DNA of 64,000 nt from an uncultured delta proteobacterium (GTDB lineage Bacteria > Desulfobacterota > Binatia > Binatales > Binataceae): positions 448,001-512,000 of the forward strand of contig CAVRVY010000004.1 in assembly GCA_963724765.1 (NCBI GenBank), given 5' to 3'. The position numbers and the translations under genes are program-made. Positions 50,199-59,450 of this stretch are shown one piece after another. The notes beneath the pieces were generated by a model, which was not told the DNA's origin, did no database searches, and saw only the letters and a program-made list of their open reading frames with translations. Every line of letters starts with the position of its first letter. Position 1 is the first letter of the stretch.

Positions 50199-52478
50199 AT
50201 GAAGCGCCAAGGCACATGCGTGGCCGCCCTCGCCGCGACCGGCACGCTTACCGCAGTCGGTGCGCTCGCGGTGATCGGATTCATCACCGCAATGGCGCTG
50301 TGCTGGCCCGTAGTGCCGAGCTTCGACGCGGTTCGTGCGCGATGGCGCCCTTCGGACGCGCAACTGCTCGACCGTCACGGCGAGCCGATTCATGAGCTTC
50401 GTGTCGATGCGCGCGGGCGGCGGCTGGCATGGACTCCGCTGGCCGACATCTCTGCGGCCCTGCAGCAAGCCGTGATCGCCGCTGAGGACCATCGCTTCTT
50501 CAGCCATCATGGGGTCGATTTCACGGCCATCGCCGGTGCCGCGGCCAGAAGGCTTGCGGGCCGGCGCTCGCGCGGCGCGAGCACGCTCACGATGCAACTC
50601 GCCGCGATGCTCGATCCGCGGATCGCGCGCGCCGGTATGCGGCAGCGCACCGCAACGCAGAAACTGCGGCAGATGCTTGCGGCCCTTGCGCTGGAGCGGC
50701 GATGGTCGAAGCCGCAGATCCTCGAAGCCTACCTCAACATGGTGACCTACCGCGGCGAGGTCGAGGGCGTGAGCGCCGCCTCGCGCGTGATGTTCGGCAA
50801 GGCGCCGGACGGAATCGACGCGGCGGAGGCGGTCGTGCTGGCGGCGCTGATCAAGGCGCCCAATGCGCACGCCGCCGCGCTTGAGCGCCGGGCCGAGGCA
50901 GTGCGGCTCGCGATGGACCGTCGCTCATCCGCGCCTGACCTTGCGGGCGAGCACGAAGTGTCGGGCGCACAAATGTCGATCGCGCAGCTTTCGAGCGCAC
51001 AGGTGTCGAGTGCACAAATTTCCAGTGCACAAATCTCGAGCGTGATTAACCGTGCGCTCGCGGCCCGACCGCGCGACTTCACTCGCGTCACGCTTGCGCC
51101 ACGAGTTGCCGAGCAACTGCTGCGCAACGGGCGTCTGACCGCGCAATCCACGCTGGATCGCAACCTGCAGGCTTTTACGCTCGACGCGTTGCGCCGCCAC
51201 GTGGCCGAGGTTCACGACCGCAACGTCGACGACGGCGCGGTGGTGGTGGTCGAAAACTCGACCGGCGAGGTCTGGGCCTACGTCGGCGGGACCGGCGTGC
51301 TCTCCAGCGCGCCCTACGTCGACGGCGTGCGCGCGATGCGCCAGCCGGGCTCGGCGCTGAAGCCGTTTCTCTACGCGCTCGCACTCGAGCGCCGCCTGCT
51401 CACCCCTGCCTCGCTGCTCGAAGACACGCCGCTCGAACTGCCCGAGCAGCGCGGGCTTTACCGGCCGCTCGATTACGACCGCGAGTTTCGCGGGCTGGTC
51501 TCGATGCGCGTGGCGCTGGCGTCATCGCTTAACGTCCCGGCCGTGAGAACGATCGACATGGTGGGCGTCGAAGCCTTCACCGGGCAGTTGCGCGCGTTGG
51601 GCTTCGAGGGAATCGTCGAGCAGGGCGACTACTATGGGGCCGCGCTCGCGCTCGGCTCGGCGGACGTGCGGCTGTGGGATCTCGTCGACGCGTACCGCAC
51701 GCTCGCCAACGGCGGCCGTTACTCCGCGATGCGCCTGGTGAGCGGCGGATCGCCGGAGCCGGCGCGGCAAATCTACTCACCAGCCACCGCGTTCCTGATC
51801 TCCGACATCCTGGCCGACCGCGCGAGCCGCGCCACCACTTTCGGGCTGGAAAACGCGCTCGCCACGCGCTTTTGGAGTGCGGTCAAAACCGGCACCAGCA
51901 AGGACATGCGCGACAACTGGTGCGTCGGCTACAGCGGCCGCTTCACGGTCGGGGTGTGGGTCGGAAATTTCTCCGGCGCCTCGATGCACGACGTGACCGG
52001 CATCACCGGCGCGGCACCGGTATGGCTCGACGTGATGAACTACCTCAACCGGCGCTTCGGCGGCGGCGCGATCGCGAGGCCGGCTGGCGTGACGGCGCGG
52101 ATGGTCGAGTTCCCGCGCGCGGTCGAGCCACAGCGGCGGGAATGGTTCATCGCGGGCACCGAGCCGGATCGCCAGGCTGCGCATCTCGACGATACGCCGC
52201 GAATTCTTTCGCCTGCGCCGGACACCGTGATCGCTGTTGACCCCGACATACCCGTTGGCCGCCAGCGCGTCGCCTTCGTCGCGAGCGCTGGAGCGGGCGG
52301 CTCGCGCTGGACGCTCGATCATAAGACGCTTGGCCCCGTCGACGGCGTTATGCTGTGGAGGCCCTCGCCCGGCGTTCATACGCTCGCGCTGGCCGACTCT
52401 TCGGGCCATCCGCTCGACACGGCGACGTTCCGGGTACGCGGTGGAACCGGCATGCGTTTGCGGGGGTTGGGGAAATAG
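50199..52478 (+). CDS. pbpC: Penicillin-binding protein 1C
   Basis: EDHRFFSHHGVD, GASTLTMQLA, SALK, SLN, KTGT; adjoins alpha-2-macroglobulin. Confidence 0.93.
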   Translation: MKRQGTCVAALAATGTLTAVGALAVIGFITAMALCWPVVPSFDAVRARWRPSDAQLLDRHGEPIHELRVDARGRRLAWTPLADISAALQQAVIAAEDHRFFSHHGVDFTAIAGAAARRLAGRRSRGASTLTMQLAAMLDPRIARAGMRQRTATQKLRQMLAALALERRWSKPQILEAYLNMVTYRGEVEGVSAASRVMFGKAPDGIDAAEAVVLAALIKAPNAHAAALERRAEAVRLAMDRRSSAPDLAGEHEVSGAQMSIAQLSSAQVSSAQISSAQISSVINRALAARPRDFTRVTLAPRVAEQLLRNGRLTAQSTLDRNLQAFTLDALRRHVAEVHDRNVDDGAVVVVENSTGEVWAYVGGTGVLSSAPYVDGVRAMRQPGSALKPFLYALALERRLLTPASLLEDTPLELPEQRGLYRPLDYDREFRGLVSMRVALASSLNVPAVRTIDMVGVEAFTGQLRALGFEGIVEQGDYYGAALALGSADVRLWDLVDAYRTLANGGRYSAMRLVSGGSPEPARQIYSPATAFLISDILADRASRATTFGLENALATRFWSAVKTGTSKDMRDNWCVGYSGRFTVGVWVGNFSGASMHDVTGITGAAPVWLDVMNYLNRRFGGGAIARPAGVTARMVEFPRAVEPQRREWFIAGTEPDRQAAHLDDTPRILSPAPDTVIAVDPDIPVGRQRVAFVASAGAGGSRWTLDHKTLGPVDGVMLWRPSPGVHTLALADSSGHPLDTATFRVRGGTGMRLRGLGK
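50958..51041 (+). repeat. In-frame 15-bp tandem repeat (5 full units plus a partial) in pbpC
   Basis: VSGAQ MSIAQ LSSAQ VSSAQ ISSAQ ISS. Confidence 0.85.
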
Positions 52479-52496
52479 CCTATAAACTGCGAAGCA

Positions 52497-53696
52497 ATGA
52501 CGACCGCGCAGCCCTCATCGGTTGTGGGGCGCTCCGGATCCCCGCAAATACGCGAAATCCTTGACCGGGCGCGCGATGGCGCGCGCCTTGGCGAGGCGGA
52601 CGCGATCGCGCTTATCGAGTGTCCCACGGACGAACTGCCGGCGCTGCTGGCTGCGGCCGGCACGTTGCGCGACCGCCTCAAGGGGCGCGTCGTCACCTAC
52701 TCACGCAAGGTCTTCCTGCCGGTCACCAACCTCTGCCGCGACCGCTGCACCTACTGCACATTTCGCAAGGACCCGCGCGAGCCGGGAGCATGGACGATGA
52801 CCTCGGCCGAAATCGCGCAATGGTCGCGGCGCGGCCGCGCGCTCGGATGCCGCGAGGCGCTGATGTGCCTGGGCGACAAGCCGGAACTGGCGTTTAAGGA
52901 ATATCGCGAGACGCTGGCCCGCCTGGGAGCGCAGAGCACAATAGATTATGTCGCGCGGGCCTGCGAGGTCGCGCTGGAGGAGGGCCTGCTGCCGCACACC
53001 AACGCAGGCATCATGAGCCGCGACGAGATGGTGATGCTGCGGCCGCTCAACGTCAGCATGGGGCTGATGCTAGAAAGCGTCTCGACCCGGCTGCGCGGCC
53101 GCGGCGGGGTGCATCAGTGGGCCCCGGACAAGGACCCTGCCGTGCGCATACGGATGATCGCGGAGGCCGGCGAGGCGCGCGTCCCGTTCACCACCGGAAT
53201 TCTGCTCGGGATCGGCGAGACGCCGGCCGAGCGGGCGCAGAGCCTGATCGCGATCCGCGATTTGAACGAACGCCACGGCCATATCCAGGAAGTGATCATC
53301 CAGAATTTTCGCGCCAAGCCGGAGATCGCGATGGCCGACGCGCCGGAGCCCGACGCGGTGGAGATGGCACGGGCGATCGCCACCGCGCGGATGGTGCTGG
53401 GACCGAAAATGAACGTGCAGGCGCCGCCGAATCTCTCGCCCAACGAGATCGAGCTGTTCCTCGCGGCGGGCATCAACGACTGGGGCGGCATTTCGCCGCT
53501 CAGCAAGGACTACGTCAATCCCGAAGCGCCCTGGCCGCACCTCGAACGGCTGGCCGAGCGCTGCGCGCGGGCCGGTTTCGATCTGCGCGAGCGGCTCGCA
53601 ATCTATCCCGAATACGTCGATGATTACTGGGTTGACCCGAAGCTTCGCCCGGCGCTTGCCCGGCACGGCGCGGAGCTCGAGGGAGGTGCATCGTGA
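52497..53696 (+). CDS. cofG: FO synthase subunit CofG
   Basis: TYSRKVFLPVTNLCRDRCTYC, LPHTNAG, PFTTGILLGIGE, QAPPNL, NDWGGISP, VNPEAPWP. Confidence 0.93.
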   Translation: MTTAQPSSVVGRSGSPQIREILDRARDGARLGEADAIALIECPTDELPALLAAAGTLRDRLKGRVVTYSRKVFLPVTNLCRDRCTYCTFRKDPREPGAWTMTSAEIAQWSRRGRALGCREALMCLGDKPELAFKEYRETLARLGAQSTIDYVARACEVALEEGLLPHTNAGIMSRDEMVMLRPLNVSMGLMLESVSTRLRGRGGVHQWAPDKDPAVRIRMIAEAGEARVPFTTGILLGIGETPAERAQSLIAIRDLNERHGHIQEVIIQNFRAKPEIAMADAPEPDAVEMARAIATARMVLGPKMNVQAPPNLSPNEIELFLAAGINDWGGISPLSKDYVNPEAPWPHLERLAERCARAGFDLRERLAIYPEYVDDYWVDPKLRPALARHGAELEGGAS

Positions 53697-54958
53697 ACCT
53701 GGAACTACTGCGCAACTATGTCGACGAAATCGAAGCGGCGCCGCTCGGCGCATTGATGGATAAGGCCAGCCCCGCCGTCCGCGCGGCGCTCAAGCGCAGC
53801 CGCGAACGCCAGGAACTTACGGCCGAAGAAGGACTGCTGCTCTACACCGCCGAGGGCGACGATCTGCGCGCGGCGATCAAGTGCGCCGATTTGGCGCGCG
53901 CCGAAGACGTCGGCGACGAAGTCACCTACGTCGTCAACCGCAACATCAATTTCACCAACATCTGTTTCGTCGGATGCCAATTCTGCGGCTTCAAGCGCCA
54001 GCGCTGGGAGTCCGACGCCTACGATCATTCCGACGAGACCATCCTCAACAAGGTCGGCGACGCGGTGGCGCGCGGCGCTACCGAGATTTGCATGCAGGGC
54101 GGAATCAACGCCGAGGCGCCCGACTTCAAGTACCGCGACCTGCTCCGCACGATTAAAGGCGGCTATCCCGAGATTCATATCCACGCCTTCTCGCCGATGG
54201 AGATCATGTTCGGCGCGCGCCGCGTGCGGATGGAGTACCCGGAGTATATCGCGATGCTGCGTGACGCCGGGCTGGGATCGATCCCAGGCACCGCGGCCGA
54301 AATTCTCGATGACAGCGTGCGCGAAATCCTAAGCCACAAGAAAGTCGACGTCGCCACCTGGGTCGATATCATCACCACTGCGCACGCGCTCGGCGTGCGG
54401 ACCACCTCGACCGTGATGTACGGCCACGTCGAAAGCCCGCGCCACGTCATCAACCATCTGAACCTCCTGCGTGACATCCAGAAGCAGACCCATGGCTTCA
54501 CCGAGTTCGTGCCGCTGCGCTTCATCCACGAGAATACCGTGCTTTTCCGCAAGGGTCTGGTCTCCGAGCCGCCGCCCAAGGGAACGCTCGACTTCCAGAT
54601 GTACGCGGCGTCGCGCCTATTCCTGCGTGGGCAGATCGACAATCTGCAGACCTCGTGGGTCAAGCTCGGCGTCGAACTCGCCGCGCTCACGCTGAAGACC
54701 GGATGCAACGATTTCTCGGGTACGCTGATGGAGGAAAGCATCACGGCCCAGGCCGGCGGCGATTCCGGCGAGTTCGTCGCGGTCGACGTAATCGAAGAGA
54801 AGGCGTGCGCGATGGGCCGGGTTGCGGTCGAACGCAGCACGCTTTACAAAAAGCTCTACGGGAAGAAGGCTCCCAATGGCGCGCGGCCGATCCTCACGTC
54901 CCCCTCACCAGTCCACCAGGCCGATCACCACGCTTGCGGGGGGAGTGGGGGCCGCTAA
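53693..54958 (+). CDS. cofH: FO synthase subunit CofH
   Basis: VTYVVNRNINFTNICFVGCQFC, PGTAAEIL, MYGHVE, EFVPL, QTSWVK, GTLMEESI; coupled to cofG. Confidence 0.9.
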   Translation: MNLELLRNYVDEIEAAPLGALMDKASPAVRAALKRSRERQELTAEEGLLLYTAEGDDLRAAIKCADLARAEDVGDEVTYVVNRNINFTNICFVGCQFCGFKRQRWESDAYDHSDETILNKVGDAVARGATEICMQGGINAEAPDFKYRDLLRTIKGGYPEIHIHAFSPMEIMFGARRVRMEYPEYIAMLRDAGLGSIPGTAAEILDDSVREILSHKKVDVATWVDIITTAHALGVRTTSTVMYGHVESPRHVINHLNLLRDIQKQTHGFTEFVPLRFIHENTVLFRKGLVSEPPPKGTLDFQMYAASRLFLRGQIDNLQTSWVKLGVELAALTLKTGCNDFSGTLMEESITAQAGGDSGEFVAVDVIEEKACAMGRVAVERSTLYKKLYGKKAPNGARPILTSPSPVHQADHHACGGSGGR

Positions 54959-55850
54959 GTTCCTGCGCGGCCTGGCACGCGTCGCCGGCCAGCCGCGGCT
55001 TGGCGTAATCGTCAACACCGGCGACGACGAGGCGTTCTACGGACTTCACGTCTCGCCCGACCTCGACACCATCGTTTACACGCTCGCCGGCGCGTCCAAC
55101 CCCACGACCGGATGGGGATTGTTGGGCGAAACCTTCAACACGCTGGGCGGGCTCGTCCGTTTCTATGGCCAGGCCTGGTTCAATCTTGGCGATCGCGATC
55201 TCGCCACGCACCTGTTCCGAACCGAACGGATGCGCGCCGGCGAGCCGCTCAGCCGTATCACGGCCGAGATCGCGAGGCGCTACGGCGTGCGCGCGCAGGT
55301 GATGCCGATGAGCGACGACCGCGTGCGCACTTTCGTGAAAGTGCGCGGGCGCGGCGCGATCCCGTTCCAGGAGTATTTCGTGCGCCGGCGCTTTCGCGGC
55401 ACCGTCGAGCGAATCGAGCTGCGCGGCGCGTCGCGTGCGCGTCCGCTCGGCGCGGCGCTCGGCGCGATTCGCAACTCGGAGGTGGTGATCATCGCGCCGT
55501 CCAACCCGTTCGTCTCGATCGGGCCGATTCTCGCGCTTCGTGGAATGCGCGAGGCGATACGCCGCGCGCGTCCGCGCGTCGCCGCGATAAGCCCAATCGT
55601 CGGCGGCAAGGCGATAAAGGGCCCGGCGGCAAAAATGTTGCGCGCGTTTGGACATCAGGCGTCCGCGCTCGGCGTGGCGCGGCTTTATCGCGACCTGTGC
55701 GCGGTCTTCGTGCTCGATAATGCCGACCGGCACGCGGCCGCGGCGGTAGAAAAACTCGGGATGCGCGCGGTCGTCACCGACACCATCATGGCCGACGAGA
55801 CGCGTTCGGCCCGCCTGGCCGACGTGGTTCTGCGCGCGCTTGAGGTGTAG
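54876..55850 (+). CDS. cofD: 2-phospho-L-lactate transferase
   Basis: LAGGVGAAKFL, NTGDD, PDLDT, WFNLGDRDLATH, FQEYFV, PSNPFVSIGPI, KGPA. Confidence 0.93.
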   Translation: MARGRSSRPPHQSTRPITTLAGGVGAAKFLRGLARVAGQPRLGVIVNTGDDEAFYGLHVSPDLDTIVYTLAGASNPTTGWGLLGETFNTLGGLVRFYGQAWFNLGDRDLATHLFRTERMRAGEPLSRITAEIARRYGVRAQVMPMSDDRVRTFVKVRGRGAIPFQEYFVRRRFRGTVERIELRGASRARPLGAALGAIRNSEVVIIAPSNPFVSIGPILALRGMREAIRRARPRVAAISPIVGGKAIKGPAAKMLRAFGHQASALGVARLYRDLCAVFVLDNADRHAAAAVEKLGMRAVVTDTIMADETRSARLADVVLRALEV

Positions 55851-55879
55851 TAGGCTGGACAGTCAATGGAAAAGGCGCA

Positions 55880-56632
55880 ATGCGATCGGTGACTTTCACC
55901 GCTATCGAGGGCATCCCGCTGGTCAGCCGGGGCGACAACCTGGGCGCACTGATTTGCTCGGCGATGGACGCGGACGGGCTGAAAGTGGCGCGCGGCGATA
56001 TCCTGGTCGTGTGCCAGAAGGTAATCTCGAAGGCCGAGGGACGCATCTGCGAGCTCAACGACATCGAGCCCTCCGCGCTGGCCATGGCGTATGCGGCGCG
56101 CTGGGAGAAGGACCCGCGCGCGGTCGAACTGGTGCTGAGACAGACCAGCCGCATCGTGCGCATGGACCACGGAGTAATGATCGTCGAGACCGGCCCCGGA
56201 TGGGTCTGCGCCAATGCCGGGATCGACGAGTCCAATAGCATGGCGGACGGGCGGGCGATTCTGCTGCCAGAGGACGCCGACGGCTCGGCCGCGCGCATCC
56301 GTGAGGAGATTCGCAAAATCACCGGAATCGAGATCGCGGTGCTGGTGACCGACACGTTTGGGCGTCCGTGGCGCGACGGCCTGACCGAGGTCTGCCTCGG
56401 AATCGCCGGAATGAATCCGATGCTCGATCTGCGCGGCAGCAGCGACTTAAGCGGCCGCGAACTGCATCACACGGTGATCGCGATCGCCGACGAAATCGCC
56501 GCGGGCGCTGGCCTGTTGATGCCCAAGGCGGGCGCCGTCCCGGCCGTGCTGGTGCGCGGCTACTCCTATGAGCCCTGCGAGGGCAGCGCGAAAGTGCTGA
56601 TTCGCCCCGCCGAGGCTGATCTGTTCCGATGA
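55880..56632 (+). CDS. cofE: F420-0:L-glutamate ligase
   Basis: KVISKAEG, CANAGIDESN, DTFGRPWR, ADEIA. Confidence 0.93.
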   Translation: MRSVTFTAIEGIPLVSRGDNLGALICSAMDADGLKVARGDILVVCQKVISKAEGRICELNDIEPSALAMAYAARWEKDPRAVELVLRQTSRIVRMDHGVMIVETGPGWVCANAGIDESNSMADGRAILLPEDADGSAARIREEIRKITGIEIAVLVTDTFGRPWRDGLTEVCLGIAGMNPMLDLRGSSDLSGRELHHTVIAIADEIAAGAGLLMPKAGAVPAVLVRGYSYEPCEGSAKVLIRPAEADLFR

Positions 56633-56651
56633 CCCGGGGAGCGTAAGCATC

Positions 56652-57668
56652 GTGGACCGAAACAAGATGGACGGCGCCGCCGCCTCGATCGCGCCGGCCA
56701 GCGTCACGGCGAATCCCGCGCGCGTGGTCGAGGCCGATTTATACCACGCCGAGGCAAAACTCGGTGCGCTGCTCGATTCCAACGAGGCGCTGATCTCGGA
56801 AATCTGCCACTACCTGGTCGACGGCGCGGGCAAGCGCCTGCGTCCGGCTTTCGTGCTGCTGGTTCATCGCGCCTGCGGCGGCACCGATCGCACGGCGCTC
56901 GACGCTATCGACGCCGCGATTGCAATCGAACTGATCCATTCCGCCACGCTGCTGCACGACGACATTATCGATGGCGGGATGCTGCGGCGCGGTAAGCCGT
57001 CGGCGCTCGCGCGCTACGGCTCGGCGGCCACGCTGGTCGCCGGCGACTACCTGTTCTGCCGCGCCTTCGAGCTGTGCGGCCGCTTCGAGGAAAATCTCGT
57101 GCGCACGGCGGCGCAGGCCTGCATCCAGTTGACCGAGGGCGAGGTGATGGAAGGACGGCTGCGCTACAACGCGGCCACCAGCCTCAAGGACTATCGCGCC
57201 GTGATCGCGCGCAAGACCGCCTCGCTGTTCGCCGCCGGCGGCAAGGTCGCAGCCGACCTCGCGGGCGCAACCAAACGGACCATCGACACTATGCAGCATC
57301 TCGGCAATGCGGTCGGCATGGCCTTCCAGATGATCGACGACCTGCTCGACATCCTCGGCCCCGAGGAGAAGATCGGAAAGCCCGTCGGATCGGATTTGCG
57401 CGCGGGGATTCCTTCACTGCCAGTGGTGCTCGGCGTGGCGGCGAATCCGGACTTGAAGGCCATGGTCGGCAACGGCACGCGGCTGGAAGGCGCAGCGCTC
57501 GAGCGCGCGCTCAAGATGCTGCGCGACCCGAAGCTCGTCGCCGAGGCGCGCGCGATGGCGGCCGAGCAGGGACGGGTCGCGATGGCCGCGCTGGGCGAAC
57601 TCGCGCCGTCGGTCTACCGCGAGAGCCTTGCCGCGCTGATCGACGACCAGCTCCGCCGCGAAGTGTGA
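56652..57668 (+). CDS. Long-chain polyprenyl diphosphate synthase
   Basis: GKRLRP, HSATLLHDDIID (FARM), RRG, KTASLF, FQMIDDLLD (SARM). Confidence 0.92.
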   Translation: MDRNKMDGAAASIAPASVTANPARVVEADLYHAEAKLGALLDSNEALISEICHYLVDGAGKRLRPAFVLLVHRACGGTDRTALDAIDAAIAIELIHSATLLHDDIIDGGMLRRGKPSALARYGSAATLVAGDYLFCRAFELCGRFEENLVRTAAQACIQLTEGEVMEGRLRYNAATSLKDYRAVIARKTASLFAAGGKVAADLAGATKRTIDTMQHLGNAVGMAFQMIDDLLDILGPEEKIGKPVGSDLRAGIPSLPVVLGVAANPDLKAMVGNGTRLEGAALERALKMLRDPKLVAEARAMAAEQGRVAMAALGELAPSVYRESLAALIDDQLRREV

Positions 57669-57684
57669 GCCGTAATATCCGCGG

Positions 57685-58077
57685 CTAGCTCGACCAGCGG
57701 CCAAAATCGAAGCCCGGCGGCAACTCGATGAACGCCAGCATCGCCGGGCCTTCGATCACGCGCGTAAGATGGCCCTTGCCGCTCAGGTCGTCGGGGATGA
57801 ACGCCGCTCCGGCGCCCCATCGCCGCTTCTCATTGTCGCTGGTGCCGACCTCAATCACTCCGGACAGCACGAACACGATCTGCCGCGCAGGAGCGTGATG
57901 CCAGCTCTGATCCAGTGTGCGCGGAAGCTCCACGAACCTGACGCTCGGCGAGCTGAACGCGTTTGACTGATGCATGACGTTGCCGAACGGATCAATCCGC
58001 TCTTCGTTCACCGGAAGTTCGATTTCCTGGAAGCGCGATCCGCCGTCATCGGTGGCATGGAATCTGGTGATCTTCAT
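57685..58077 (-). CDS. Cupin-like hypothetical protein
   Basis: WHHAPARQIVFVLSG and D..GKGH cupin motifs. Confidence 0.8.
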   Translation of the reverse strand: MKITRFHATDDGGSRFQEIELPVNEERIDPFGNVMHQSNAFSSPSVRFVELPRTLDQSWHHAPARQIVFVLSGVIEVGTSDNEKRRWGAGAAFIPDDLSGKGHLTRVIEGPAMLAFIELPPGFDFGRWSS

Positions 58078-58188
58078 AGACGCACCGATAGCATGAAATC
58101 CGTATCCGCGGGGAACGACATGCAGGTCCGATGAACGCGGCAGCCGGTGGGATGGCGCGCAGCCACTTCCAAGGTGCGGGGGCTATTT

Positions 58189-59016
58189 TTATTTTGCTAC
58201 CGCAGTGAGAGAGGCGGCGGCGCTCGCAGCGCTCAGCCGCGCCATCGCGGCCTTGAGTTCCGCGCGGGTGGTCCCGAGCGTGCGCAGCGTCGGCAACAGC
58301 CCGCGCTCCAGGAATGTGCGCGCGCTGATCCCCGCGCCCGTGGTGCGCAACCGCTCCTGGTAGTCAGGAATCAGACCGTCGCCCGGCATTTTGAAATTCG
58401 CGATCACGAAGGCAAGGTCGGCCAGTGTGCCGTCACGGTCTTCGTCCAGTTCAAGCTCGAGCGCCGCGCGGTAGAAGCCCGCGTGCGCGGCTTCGTCGCG
58501 GCTGAGGAAAAAGAAAATCGCCTCGAGTACCTTATCGCCCTCGCTCACCGCCTTGTCCTTCTGCGCCTTGTAAGCAAGAAAAGTCGCGGCTTCCTGGAGC
58601 GCGCCGTAGCAAGCCATCTGGCGGCGGGTCTGGAAGGGCAGACGCCAGACCTTCGACAGGACGCGTTCCTCGAAGATCGCCAACTCGGCCTCCGAGCGCA
58701 GGCCCGAGCGCCTCAGGTACTCGCGGAACACCAGTCCGTGCTTCGATTCCTCGTAGCTCCAGCAGGCCTGAAACCACGCCGCACCGAACATCGAGCGGGT
58801 CAGCTCAACGCCGCCCGCGCTATAGTCCGGCAGGTAAAGTTCCTCGGCGCAGAAGACTTCGATGCGTGCCGCCTTCTGCTCGCTGCCGATAGCACCATCC
58901 AGAGCCTCCCACGGCACGTCGTTGAACATGTTCCAGCGCCGCTTGGTCTCGGCAACCTCGAAAAATTCGAGGTACGCACGATACATTTTTTCACGCAGCG
59001 CAGGCGATCCGGTCAT
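58189..59016 (-). CDS. Ferritin-like diiron protein (acyl-ACP desaturase family)
   Basis: EE.YLPDY, WSYEESKHG, LQE.AT, DEAAH, FKMPG; AAGGGA RBS before ATG 59016. Confidence 0.82.
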   Translation of the reverse strand: MTGSPALREKMYRAYLEFFEVAETKRRWNMFNDVPWEALDGAIGSEQKAARIEVFCAEELYLPDYSAGGVELTRSMFGAAWFQACWSYEESKHGLVFREYLRRSGLRSEAELAIFEERVLSKVWRLPFQTRRQMACYGALQEAATFLAYKAQKDKAVSEGDKVLEAIFFFLSRDEAAHAGFYRAALELELDEDRDGTLADLAFVIANFKMPGDGLIPDYQERLRTTGAGISARTFLERGLLPTLRTLGTTRAELKAAMARLSAASAAASLTAVAK

Positions 59017-59395
59017 CGATATTTCCCTTTGCCTGCTGCAGCCAGACGCCTGGCATCGTACCGCGAGCAGGTTGCCCAATACACCCGGGCCTGATTGCCC
59101 TAAACGACCGGTTTTAAAAGAACGCGAGACTCCATCGTCAGCCGGCAGGCGAAGTTGGAGGATGTGTTCCGTGAGTGACAGGCCCGATTCTATGCTTTCA
59201 CGATGAGAAAATATACTGCTGCCGCGTTTGACACATTCCAGCTTAAGACAGTCGCTTGTCGCAAGTTGCAGACCATTGCCGCCAAAGTGCGTTTATGTGA
59301 TGCATGAAAACGTCGGATGAAAATAAAAAAGAACCGGCGCTTTCCCATGCGATTCGTCGCCGACCCTTGGCGAGGTAACAACAACGTATAGAGAT

Positions 59396-59450
59396 GTTCG
59401 CGAATTAATTTTTCGTTTGACAAATACGAATAAAAAGCGAAAATCCGATC
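59396..59450 (+). promoter_or_regulatory. Putative sigma70 promoter with overlapping operator-like repeats for imuA-imuB-dnaE2
   Basis: TTGACA at 59417, 16-bp spacer, GAAAAT at 59439, ATG at 59451; CGAA-N7-CGAA at 59427-59441; CGAA-N7-TTCG at 59401-59415. Confidence 0.55.

Noticed and set aside
53693-54958. Alternative call as MqnC/MqnE of the futalosine pathway because of the nearby prenyl synthase
   Set aside because: Direct coupling to cofG, cofD and cofE makes CofH far more likely
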